DNA of 20,000 nucleotides from an uncultured virus (IMG/VR IMGVR_UViG_3300050508_000301) (Duplodnaviria > Heunggongvirae > Uroviricota > Caudoviricetes), in IMG/VR virus record IMGVR_UViG_3300050508_000301, one strand, 5' to 3'. The notes beneath the pieces are model-generated. The model was given only the letters and a program-made list of their open reading frames with translations, did not search any database and was not told where the DNA came from. Positions 7,706 to 16,078 of the stretch are shown here, one piece after another. Position 1 is the first letter of the stretch. Each line of letters opens with the position of its first letter. The position numbers and the translations under genes are program-made.

Positions 7706-8910
7706 AGCACAATGGGTGCCGGGATCGGCAGAATCCAGGCGCCATCAAAGTCCGGATGGTTGCGCATGATGGTTGGAGCGTAGTTCCAAGCCAACAGGAG
7801 CACCGTACGAGCATCCAAGTGCTTGGTGGACGGAGGGGCGATCCGAATCCCAGTACCCGGGATGAAACGACCCTGCTTGGCTCGGGTGGTGTCGATTACA
7901 TGATCGATCAACGTGTAGTCCAGTCCGGCAAAGGTGAGCAGGGTGGTCGCCTTTGCGGGTGCACCGTAGCCGATGATCGGCAACTCAGCTTCATTGATCG
8001 TCTCCATTAGCCGATCAACGATCCGATCCACCCGACCCTGGAACCCCCGATAAGCCTCGATACCACCTAGCCAGTGTTCGGAGTCTGAAAACCACCGATC
8101 AGTGCGATGACCCCTTATGTCCATCGTTGGAGCCTTACTGCGCCGCAGCTCGACCCGCAGTGAACCGCCCTGCCTGCTAGTCAGTTCCGCTTCGGACACC
8201 CATAGGCCCCAGCGTTCGATGGCGTGCCTGAGGCTGGTCATCGAGAAAAAGTTGCGATGTTCGTGGTACACCAGATCGAAGGCGTTATTGACCAACAGAT
8301 CGGGCAGATATTGAACCTCGATGTAGGCGACGCCGTCCTCCGACAACAAATGTTGTACTCCATCGAGGGTATCGGCAACATCCTCCACGTGCGCCAGTAC
8401 ATGGTTAGCGATCACCACCCCCGCTGGGCCATGCTCGTCCCGGATCTGTTCAGCGATCGAACGGCTGAATGGCTCTTGTAGGACTCGACCGACTCGCTGC
8501 ATGGCGACCTGAACTGGCCCGCCTGCAGGGTCCACTCCGAGGGTGGCGCACCCGGCCTCCTCGAAGTGCCGAAGCATGTCGCCGTCGTTGCACCCGATCT
8601 CGACCGTCAACCGCTTCGCTAAGTCGAGGTGCCGCTGCAAGATGTCCCTTGCATATTCGGCATGGTAGTCCGACAGCGGAGCTGAGGCTGACGAGTAAAA
8701 CGAATAGCCGGTCCCGAACAGGATGTTGTGGTCTACCACCTCAAGCAGCTGAACCAGCCAACAGCCGGTACATACGACAAGCTGCAGTGGATAGTAAGCG
8801 ACAGTCTCGTCAGCGGTTGCTGTGTAGGCATCAGCGATCGGTGTGTGGCCGAGATCGAGAAACATCTCCAGATCATCATAGCCACACGCACTACAGACCC
8901 GTCGCTTCAT
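7702..8910 (-). CDS. NDP-hexose C-methyltransferase-like class I SAM methyltransferase (402 aa)
   Basis: ATG 8910 (ATGA overlap). N-terminal Zn site CSAC...CTGC with FLDLG.TP, EIGCNDG (SAM), ANHVLAHV, FDLVYHEH, QGGSLR, GYGAPAKATTLL, KQGRFIPG, LLAWNY. This is the TcaB9/EryBIII/NovU-type domain arrangement. Confidence 0.9.
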   Translation of the reverse strand: MKRRVCSACGYDDLEMFLDLGHTPIADAYTATADETVAYYPLQLVVCTGCWLVQLLEVVDHNILFGTGYSFYSSASAPLSDYHAEYARDILQRHLDLAKRLTVEIGCNDGDMLRHFEEAGCATLGVDPAGGPVQVAMQRVGRVLQEPFSRSIAEQIRDEHGPAGVVIANHVLAHVEDVADTLDGVQHLLSEDGVAYIEVQYLPDLLVNNAFDLVYHEHRNFFSMTSLRHAIERWGLWVSEAELTSRQGGSLRVELRRSKAPTMDIRGHRTDRWFSDSEHWLGGIEAYRGFQGRVDRIVDRLMETINEAELPIIGYGAPAKATTLLTFAGLDYTLIDHVIDTTRAKQGRFIPGTGIRIAPPSTKHLDARTVLLLAWNYAPTIMRNHPDFDGAWILPIPAPIVL

Positions 8911-9578
8911 AGAACTTCGCCTCCGTGAAGCGGATGGCGCAGATCCCGACCACACCTGCGGCAAAACCCATCCGATACGTTTTTTCCTAAATACTCACCC
9001 GGATGTGGCTGATAACGGGTCCCATCAGGATCCACTACCACATCGTTCACGAGCGGGTCTACCGGGCCAATCCAGGATCGAACTGCGTACTGCCAAAGCT
9101 GGGTCGGATCCGCCACTGGCCACCCGCCCTCGAGTTGGTTGATCGTCATGGCGTGCACCACTGGCCACCCGGCATCCCTGATGATCTTGGCGACTGCTGG
9201 ACCAGTGGTTTCCCACATATGCTCGTCGCCTGACCATCGGCCGGCTCCGTGTCGTAGCGTATCGAGCGAATGGTAGGTGAAATCGAAGGTCCCGTCCTTG
9301 ACCATCTGCTCAGCGACTGCGATATCCGGCCCGACAGCCACAAACACACAGCCATCGGTATGTGCGCAAACTATCAAACCCGAAGCCAAGCGTTCGCACT
9401 CATACGGCGTCAAATGCTCGAACAAATGACCAGCATAGATGTGGGTTACCTGACCCGCCCATTCTTCCGGGATCCCCTTCCGCAGATCACGACGCTGGTC
9501 GATCCGGTGGGGAGTCTCGTTGTCGACATTCACCCAACCGTCGACGTATCGGTCCCCACACCCCAAGTTGAGCTTCAC
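8907..9578 (-). CDS. Class I SAM-dependent methyltransferase (223 aa)
   Basis: GTG 9578 (GTGA overlap). KLNLGCG...GWVNVD, IYAGHLFEHL, PD motifs typical of glycan-locus methyltransferases. Confidence 0.85.
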   Translation of the reverse strand: MKLNLGCGDRYVDGWVNVDNETPHRIDQRRDLRKGIPEEWAGQVTHIYAGHLFEHLTPYECERLASGLIVCAHTDGCVFVAVGPDIAVAEQMVKDGTFDFTYHSLDTLRHGAGRWSGDEHMWETTGPAVAKIIRDAGWPVVHAMTINQLEGGWPVADPTQLWQYAVRSWIGPVDPLVNDVVVDPDGTRYQPHPGEYLGKNVSDGFCRRCGRDLRHPLHGGEVL

Positions 9579-10189
9579 AGGCCCCACTTCTCCCGGAACA
9601 TCTGGTCAGCCTGCACCCAGGCTTGCTCGGATTCTGGCGTCTTGAACCCAGCCACAGTGTGGTGGTGCGTATCGAGGTCAATGACTACGACCTTGAAGCC
9701 TTGCGAACCTGCTTCTAGGCCGATGTCATCATACCCGTGGAAGCCTGTATAGCGTTCATCGAATCGGAGTTTATCGACCGCCCTAGGCGAGAACACCATG
9801 AAGCTGCCTTCGATCGATTTCACCTGACCAGCCCGAACGCCGAAGTCGATCAACCCAGTGTCGATCATCTGGTGGCCGACCGGATTAGCACTCCACCAGG
9901 CCAAGCCGTTCCGGGCCTCTCCGCCCGCCACCCCGACCAAACCGACATCGGGGTCATCCAAAGCGTACAGAATCTTCGCCTCAGCATCCGGGTCAGTGAC
10001 CTCGAGGTCGTCGTGTAGCAGAACCACAGCATCGTACGGCTCGCCCACGTAATTGTTAAGTATGTAGTTGTACGAACGGGTCAGCGAGATCGACCCTGTC
10101 ACCTCAACGCAGGGGCGATCTCCAACGAAAGGCCGCACCCAGGCGGCCACCTTCGCTTCAGAACTAACGCAACAACCAAAAGCCAGCAT
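9575..10189 (-). CDS. Glycosyltransferase, GT2-like (Glyco_tranf_2_5/StrF-like) (204 aa)
   Basis: ATG 10189 lies 7 nt after a TAGACT -10. SYN, VVLLHDD, GLVGVAG, IEGSFM, RFDERYTGFHGYDD, FREKW motifs. Confidence 0.85.
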   Translation of the reverse strand: MLAFGCCVSSEAKVAAWVRPFVGDRPCVEVTGSISLTRSYNYILNNYVGEPYDAVVLLHDDLEVTDPDAEAKILYALDDPDVGLVGVAGGEARNGLAWWSANPVGHQMIDTGLIDFGVRAGQVKSIEGSFMVFSPRAVDKLRFDERYTGFHGYDDIGLEAGSQGFKVVVIDLDTHHHTVAGFKTPESEQAWVQADQMFREKWGL

Positions 10190-10196
10190 GACAGCC

Positions 10197-10206
10197 AGTC
10201 TAGCAC
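10197..10206 (-). promoter_or_regulatory. Extended -10 leaderless promoter for the glycosylation operon
   Basis: GTGCTAGACT-N7-ATG; matches GTGCTATACT at 4504-4513 and 18222-18231. No clear -35. Confidence 0.55.
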
Positions 10207-10226
10207 ACTGTTTGGGGAGCAAGCCA

Positions 10227-10265
10227 GGACTTGACTCGGAGGCAAAAATGTGATTTAATGGAGGT
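10227..10265 (+). promoter_or_regulatory. Leaderless sigma70-type promoter P2
   Basis: TTGACT(10231-10236)-N17-TTTAAT(10254-10259)-N6-ATG(10266). Confidence 0.7.
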
Positions 10266-10460
10266 ATGGCAGCCCCCAAGATCGTCGATCCCGTCAAGAC
10301 CATCGAACGATGCTTCGAACGAAAGCAGGAGGCACTGAAGATGGCCGAACATTACGAAACTATTAACCTGCCCTATTGTGCCAAGCTAGCTCGCCGTCGG
10401 GCAGCTGCTTTGCAATCCACCATCACTCGGGTCAGCCGCCAGTATCTCGGCGCTAAGTAG
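10266..10460 (+). CDS. Hypothetical basic helical protein (64 aa), antisense
   Basis: Starts at the predicted +1 of P2 and fills the gap between minus-strand genes. Confidence 0.65.
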   Translation: MAAPKIVDPVKTIERCFERKQEALKMAEHYETINLPYCAKLARRRAAALQSTITRVSRQYLGAK

Positions 10461-10662
10461 AGGTTGTCAGTGTCCCGTTCACCTGCCGCTTGTAGGTTGC
10501 CGCATCGATATACTCGGTGAAAGTACGGTTGTCCTCCGGATTCGGAGCAAGAACCGTATACGAAGGCCTCGAGGTCTTCGCCACGCCCTGCACACCCTGG
10601 GCCGCAGCCGCAGCAGCTTCTGCTCGTTGACGTGCCCTCTCAGCACAACTACCGCAAGCCAT
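10453..10662 (-). CDS. Small CxxC protein downstream of the protease (69 aa)
   Basis: MACGSC...; CAGGAGGA RBS; TGATG coupling to the protease stop. Confidence 0.7.
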   Translation of the reverse strand: MACGSCAERARQRAEAAAAAAQGVQGVAKTSRPSYTVLAPNPEDNRTFTEYIDAATYKRQVNGTLTTST

Positions 10663-12611
10663 CAATCCTCCTGATTAGTCCGCAGGCGACGCACCCGAAT
10701 GGTGCCGTCCGGCAAGGTCTCTGCGTTCATATGACGGTACTTCTCCCGCCGAGCATCAGTCGGAATACCCGCAGCGACCAACGACGCCACCGACTCCGCA
10801 GCGAGCGTAGCCCGAGGCTTCGGGATCGGGAAACCCGGGACGTTCACCGCCAACACCGCCACCAGTCGAAGCTGACCGCCGATTCGGCGCCAGTCGCCCG
10901 ACAAGGATGCAGCTCGCAGCTCCCGGAGTTTGAGGTCGGTGACCCCTGGCCGCAGGGCACCTGCGACCCAGATACCCCATCGGTCTTCGCCGACAGCGAC
11001 GTCGACAACCGCAGTACCCGTGTCGTCGTAATGCTCGGCTGCCGGCACCGCACCCAGGCGCAGGGGAGCGTGGCCGGTCCCCATCGTGATCGTACCGATC
11101 CCGATCATGTCGCCTTCAGCGGTTTCAAGCTCCCGCTTCTGGAAGTAGGGGTAGTCACGCTCACGGGGCGGGGTAATGCACCGATCCGGGAAGGTCGTAT
11201 GGCAGGTGGTCCATAGGGCAAGGTGACCGAACACCCGACCATCCTTCTGAACAGTCCAGGGTGTGGGCGCATGAAGCGTAGGATTCTGAAACCATTCCTT
11301 CGGCGGATACATAGGCCCACCTGCAGCCACTAGCGTCCCAGTCAGATCAGCGAGCGGAGGAGGAGTCCGTCCTGCATCCCGTAGATGAGCAGCAAGGTGG
11401 TTGTAGACCCCTTGGCGATCGGCCGCCGGAATGGTAGTCCCGCCTCGGCCACCGTTCAGCACGCCAATCCCGTTCGAGCATGCGATGAGGTTGGCGGCTC
11501 CTGGGTTGCCCTGAGCATCGACCTCGTGATGAATGAACTTGAGGTCGGATTTGCGGATCTCACCATCCTCGGCCGCCCCGTTGGCCATCCAGGCGTAAGC
11601 ACCTCGAGCGGCATCGATCGACATCGGAGTGGGAAGCCGCTTCTCGGCAGCTCCAGAATCCCAGGTGCTGTCGGAGGTGTCGGTATGGTGGGAGCCGACC
11701 GCCGCAAACACGTGTTCCAGTGACAGCGCTAGCTCCTGGTCGTCGATCAGGCGCAGGCGTGCCTCAACGAAGGCCGGCAATGCAACCAAGGTGGCCCCAC
11801 GGATACGGCCTCGATGGAACACAGTCTTCTCGGGCGGAGGACCGAACAGCATGATGATGCCTTCGTTCTCGTCCTCGGTGACTCGTTCGTCGGCACTGTC
11901 GTCGGGGTACACCAGCTCGACATCTGGCTCTTTGACCGAGTCGACGTCAACTGACACACCACCGGCCAGATTGTGCTCCATCTTGCGAGCGACATCTGCG
12001 CCGTCGGGATCGCCCAGATCAAGAACACCCCAACCGTGGATCTCGGATCCCTGACGCTCGATGCGGTCGATCCGGCCGACCACAACTGAGTGACCATGCT
12101 GCGGTTCGGACTCCCGCTGCCACATCAAGGGCAAGGGTGGTGTAGGCCACTCGAGCGAGTTGTGGGCGAACTCACGGCCATCGCCGGTCTCGACCCCTTC
12201 GACCGCCAGCACGCCTGTCCAACCCTGGAAGGGTCCTGCCATCTCCGGGACTTCGGTATCGACAGCCATGTCCTCGTCGGGCATGCAGGTACCGTCGGGC
12301 ATCTTGTGGTGCCCAGGCGGGCAGGGCTTGCCTTTGTTTTCTTTCAGGCGGCGATCGGGGCGAGTACCGGGGTTGGGTTTCGCCATCGTAACCGGATCGT
12401 TGGTGGAGTTGGTGGTGGTGACGCTCACTAGTTCCTCCGCTAGCTCGGCCAACTCGTGATCTGCTTCTGAGGCATAGAGCGCTGCAAGTTGGTCTTCAGC
12501 AGCAGCTCGGGTAGGGTGGCATCCCTCCACCTCGCCGTCGGCCTCTTTGACAACCGCATAGGGTCGGGATGCCGGACAGTCAGCATGATTTTCTGCGATT
12601 CGCCAGGGCAT
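10662..12611 (-). CDS. Capsid maturation protease, multidomain (649 aa)
   Basis: EGVETGDGR, PLPLMWQ, GHSVVVGRID, GVSVDVD, RIRGATLVALPAF, GRVFGHLALW, IWVAGALRP, LSGDWR, AVNVPGFP motifs; lies between MuF and the capsid genes. Confidence 0.85.
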   Translation of the reverse strand: MPWRIAENHADCPASRPYAVVKEADGEVEGCHPTRAAAEDQLAALYASEADHELAELAEELVSVTTTNSTNDPVTMAKPNPGTRPDRRLKENKGKPCPPGHHKMPDGTCMPDEDMAVDTEVPEMAGPFQGWTGVLAVEGVETGDGREFAHNSLEWPTPPLPLMWQRESEPQHGHSVVVGRIDRIERQGSEIHGWGVLDLGDPDGADVARKMEHNLAGGVSVDVDSVKEPDVELVYPDDSADERVTEDENEGIIMLFGPPPEKTVFHRGRIRGATLVALPAFVEARLRLIDDQELALSLEHVFAAVGSHHTDTSDSTWDSGAAEKRLPTPMSIDAARGAYAWMANGAAEDGEIRKSDLKFIHHEVDAQGNPGAANLIACSNGIGVLNGGRGGTTIPAADRQGVYNHLAAHLRDAGRTPPPLADLTGTLVAAGGPMYPPKEWFQNPTLHAPTPWTVQKDGRVFGHLALWTTCHTTFPDRCITPPRERDYPYFQKRELETAEGDMIGIGTITMGTGHAPLRLGAVPAAEHYDDTGTAVVDVAVGEDRWGIWVAGALRPGVTDLKLRELRAASLSGDWRRIGGQLRLVAVLAVNVPGFPIPKPRATLAAESVASLVAAGIPTDARREKYRHMNAETLPDGTIRVRRLRTNQED

Positions 12612-13993
12612 TATTCACCTCCGAGCGTGAAGTCATGCACTTCGCTGCCGAAGGCGACTCGCACTCTGTCGAACTCGATAGGGCCTACCAGCTCTAGGGC
12701 CTCAGGGATCAGAGCTGTCGGATCCGTGGCGTAGGCGAGACATACGTGCGGAGACCAGGGTTGATGCTGCTCGGGCATCTGCCACGCCTTAGCTGTATCC
12801 TGATTCGAATCGACGTTATCAGGAGCGTTGATCACACCTTGATGGACTTCATCCCGGATATCCCGCAACCCATTACCGCCCACATTCAGGACTACGCACG
12901 GATCCTCGCCGTTCGGATTCCATACTGCGGCGCCGAATGCGTTAGCCAACAATGGACCAGGCAGCTGTTCAGATCGAAAGCCCACCTCAGCTAGAATCGC
13001 CTGCTGCAACTCTTCAGGAATGTCGTCGACTGGCCCCAAGAACCACAGCGTGAGGTGTGACTCCTCGGCCGGTTCACCACCTCCGATAGTAGGCGGATCT
13101 CTGGGCACCAAGGCGATCATGCCCGAGGTGTGCTCTTCCTCCTGGAAGGTCTCGAACCCGGCAGCCACCAACCGAGCCTTCGGCTCCATGTTCCATACCA
13201 ACGTGCACCGGCAGTTAATGACCTCGTCAGGTGGTCCCGTAGGATCGCCCGGAAAAGCAAGAGTCGCCCCTCCGACCTCGAACCGATCAACCAGCGGTAC
13301 CTGTTGGCCATTAGCTTCTCGATGACTAAATCGAGTACGAGCATCGTTAGTAGACAGCCATTCCTTCTCAGCGGGACCTTCCTCACCTAGCGACTGCATC
13401 TGCGCCAAGGCACCCGCATTCGAAGCCGACACCACCTCCGTCCGAGCGATAGTGCGTGCACGGACGTTACTCGATGCGATCTCACCTCGGACCCGCTTTG
13501 ACAGTTCCGGAATCGACTCGCCCTCGGCCATGCCGGCGACCAACTGAGCACGGGTTTTCTGCCACAGGTCGGTTCCGATCCCTCGTAGCCGGTTCTCGGC
13601 TTGGGAGACATAAAGCTCAGCCGCAGCGTGGCGTGCGTCGACGAGCACTGGCACTTTAGCGACCAGATCTTCGATGGCGTCGTGAGCGCCTTCGACCACG
13701 GTTCGACCCAGTTCCGGGAGAATCAGGTCCCGCAGTTCGGATTGCCAAGCGGCATCGATCGCTGCCAGATCATCGACCGACACATACGGCTCTGCAGGTT
13801 GTGGTGCCGCTGCCACCATGTTGATGGCGAACGCACCCCGGGCGTTACGGACCTGATAGGTAGTCGGTTCAACCACCAACCCAAGATTCTTGGTACCTGA
13901 CCGGATAGCTCGACGCAAAGCCTGGGCGACCAGTCGCTCAAATCTGTCGGCTCGACTCTCCAGCCGATGCAACCGCTGCCGTTTGGTAGTCAT
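12611..13993 (-). CDS. MuF-like minor head protein fused to a C-terminal 2H phosphoesterase (2'-5' RNA ligase-like) domain (460 aa)
   Basis: ATG 13993 (ATGA with the portal stop). MuF: RARTIARTE, KEWLSTNDARTRFSH, FPGDP, INCRC. 2H: HLTL (13040-13057) and PHVCLAY (12731-12748). Confidence 0.85.
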   Translation of the reverse strand: MTTKRQRLHRLESRADRFERLVAQALRRAIRSGTKNLGLVVEPTTYQVRNARGAFAINMVAAAPQPAEPYVSVDDLAAIDAAWQSELRDLILPELGRTVVEGAHDAIEDLVAKVPVLVDARHAAAELYVSQAENRLRGIGTDLWQKTRAQLVAGMAEGESIPELSKRVRGEIASSNVRARTIARTEVVSASNAGALAQMQSLGEEGPAEKEWLSTNDARTRFSHREANGQQVPLVDRFEVGGATLAFPGDPTGPPDEVINCRCTLVWNMEPKARLVAAGFETFQEEEHTSGMIALVPRDPPTIGGGEPAEESHLTLWFLGPVDDIPEELQQAILAEVGFRSEQLPGPLLANAFGAAVWNPNGEDPCVVLNVGGNGLRDIRDEVHQGVINAPDNVDSNQDTAKAWQMPEQHQPWSPHVCLAYATDPTALIPEALELVGPIEFDRVRVAFGSEVHDFTLGGE

Positions 13994-15738
13994 GCTGCAA
14001 TCCTGAGGAGTCGGGCCAGGCTCGGGCGTTCGTATTCTAGACCCCGCTCCAGCAAAGTGCAACAGTAGGACTGCAGGCGTTCGATGGTTAGAGCGGGATC
14101 GAGCTGCAGCTCAAGCAGCACAGGCGGGAGTCGATCCCACGCCCCCTCGAGCAAGCGGTCCGCATTCTCTACGCCTTCGAAGCAAACATGCGGATAGGAA
14201 CCGCAGTCCTGCAGCGCCTCTGCGCCTCGGTGGGCACTGCGGATCCGGTTACCGGCTCGCTCGAGCGCACGATGAACGTAGCTTTCCAAAACCAATACTG
14301 TGGCGAACTCGGGGGGAGGCTGCTCCCGAGTGTCGGGCATAACACGCTCGTCGTCGGTTTCTTCGCCCTCCGGAGGCTGCGAACCGTTGCCGTTCGGGCT
14401 GATCGCCGGCACCACAGGCTGTGGCGGTTCAGGCAGTTTGATTCCGAGACCCTCAGCACCAGTTGCGGCATTCAGCGGCTGCTTAACCATCTGCTTAAAG
14501 GCCCACGCCTCGAGGTCCTCGTCGCTCGGTCTGTCCGCCTCCGAAAGACCGGTCTCCCGCCGAAGAGCCTCACCACTCAACTCACCCTTATCCCACAGAG
14601 CGATGGCGTCGTCCGATTTGTCGGGCTTGCTGCTCAGCTCCGAAGTATCTGCCCAGATAACGAACTGCTCGACCTCTTCGTCAGCCATACCCTGGGCTTT
14701 GAGTACGGGATGAAGGAAACCGGTGGTCAGAGCCGACGTGATCAGCTCCAACAGAGGCTCGGCATGCACCTTGACCGCCGATTCCTCGATCTGCCAAGCA
14801 CCCCAATGGTTGAGATCACCCATGCCGGTTAGTACTTCGGCCGGCACATCGAGAGTGATCGCACACTGACGGAGCGCTGACTCTCGCATATCCAGGATCT
14901 TATCCGACAGTTCGGTTTCGAAACTCAGATGCCGGAACGCCTCGGCGAACTCAGCCGGGATCTCGATAGGGATAGGCACCACCGCTGCCGCCGTACCAGG
15001 CTGTTTCACAGCCGTCATCATGACTTCCATGATTTCGGTTATGAAGGGGTGTGGGGCGTCCGGTTCGTTAGGTGCGTTAGGGAACGAGGCTTCCTGTGGG
15101 ATGATTAGAAGACCCGCACCCGCCAGCCTCGAAACCAGAGTGGCGTCGATGTATTGACGAATCCGCCGCAGTTCTCGGAGGTCACCCAGAGCGGCTCGAG
15201 CGGGGGAGTCCGGCTCCCAGTAGTAACGCTCATGAGGACGCCACACCTTGACAATGATGGTCTCGGGATCCAGGTCTTTCCATTTGCCGTCAGCCTCGAG
15301 CAGCTGGTACACCGCTTGGCGGGTTGGGGTCTCGGGAGACTTCATCTTCAACACGTCGGCCGAATACATCCGCCAGGTCTGTGTGTCTTTACCGGTCCCA
15401 ACTAGGTAACCGATCCCAGGGATGGTGAGATCGACGACGCTGGATCGCAACATCTGCGACTGTCCGTTAACGCCACCGGCAAGGCTCTCGACTGCCTCAG
15501 CGGGAGGACCACCATCTAGCGGTTCAGGTTCATCGCCGTTGGGGGAGAGGGAAGCTGCTTGCAGTCTCGCTCGGGAGATGAGGTTGGCCAGCCAGTTAGT
15601 GGCGTAGCGAAGTGGGCCAGTTTCGTCGTAGAACTGCCAGGCTTCATCCTGCCAAGCTTTGTGCTGATGGGCAGGGTCCTGACTGCGTTGACCGGTGAGG
15701 ATCTGAGTTGCAGCGACGAGTGCGTTAGGAGCTGCCAT
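13990..15738 (-). CDS. Portal protein (582 aa)
   Basis: WQDEAWQFYD..G.LRY, VWRPH, DSPARAAL, SRLAGAGLL, AAAVVPI, LDVPAEVLTG, NHWGAWQIEE motifs; follows the terminase. Confidence 0.9.
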   Translation of the reverse strand: MAAPNALVAATQILTGQRSQDPAHQHKAWQDEAWQFYDETGPLRYATNWLANLISRARLQAASLSPNGDEPEPLDGGPPAEAVESLAGGVNGQSQMLRSSVVDLTIPGIGYLVGTGKDTQTWRMYSADVLKMKSPETPTRQAVYQLLEADGKWKDLDPETIIVKVWRPHERYYWEPDSPARAALGDLRELRRIRQYIDATLVSRLAGAGLLIIPQEASFPNAPNEPDAPHPFITEIMEVMMTAVKQPGTAAAVVPIPIEIPAEFAEAFRHLSFETELSDKILDMRESALRQCAITLDVPAEVLTGMGDLNHWGAWQIEESAVKVHAEPLLELITSALTTGFLHPVLKAQGMADEEVEQFVIWADTSELSSKPDKSDDAIALWDKGELSGEALRRETGLSEADRPSDEDLEAWAFKQMVKQPLNAATGAEGLGIKLPEPPQPVVPAISPNGNGSQPPEGEETDDERVMPDTREQPPPEFATVLVLESYVHRALERAGNRIRSAHRGAEALQDCGSYPHVCFEGVENADRLLEGAWDRLPPVLLELQLDPALTIERLQSYCCTLLERGLEYERPSLARLLRIAA

Positions 15739-15739
15739 G

Positions 15740-16078
15740 TTACCCCGATTTGGCCTTCATCTCAAGTCGCTGCAAGAGTTCTTTGTTGATTGCGATGTTG
15801 GCTAGCATGGCTAGCCAGCCCGACACAGCTGCCACGGCCAACCACACCACTACCGGTAAAGGAACGTCACTAAAGGCTGCCGCCCCGCCTACCACGACTG
15901 CGCTAGCATAAGCCGATACGCACCACCCGCACATCACGAGGTAGCCTTGCCAGGATTGCTGACTCCAGCGTCGATACACCGCCGCCCGAAGCTGTTCAGC
16001 CGGCGGGAAATCGCTCTGTGTGACCACATAAGTGATATAGAACGCAGCTAGCCCCAGGCCCAGGATCCAGCCGATCAT
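15740..16078 (-). CDS. DUF1360-like membrane protein (112 aa)
   Basis: About three hydrophobic segments with a LVMCGWCVS motif, between terminase and portal. Confidence 0.65.
   Translation of the reverse strand: MIGWILGLGLAAFYITYVVTQSDFPPAEQLRAAVYRRWSQQSWQGYLVMCGWCVSAYASAVVVGGAAAFSDVPLPVVVWLAVAAVSGWLAMLANIAINKELLQRLEMKAKSG

Noticed and set aside
10260..10265. GGAGGT as an RBS for the 64-aa ORF
   Set aside because: Zero spacing to the ATG; it lies between the -10 box and +1, so it is probably not transcribed.
10190..10303. Upstream extension of the first GT (also the longer ORF-track starts at 1746, 5398, 6856, 8964, 14062, 18308, 18660)
   Set aside because: Downstream starts have an RBS, stop/start coupling or a leaderless promoter; the extensions overlap other genes or promoters.
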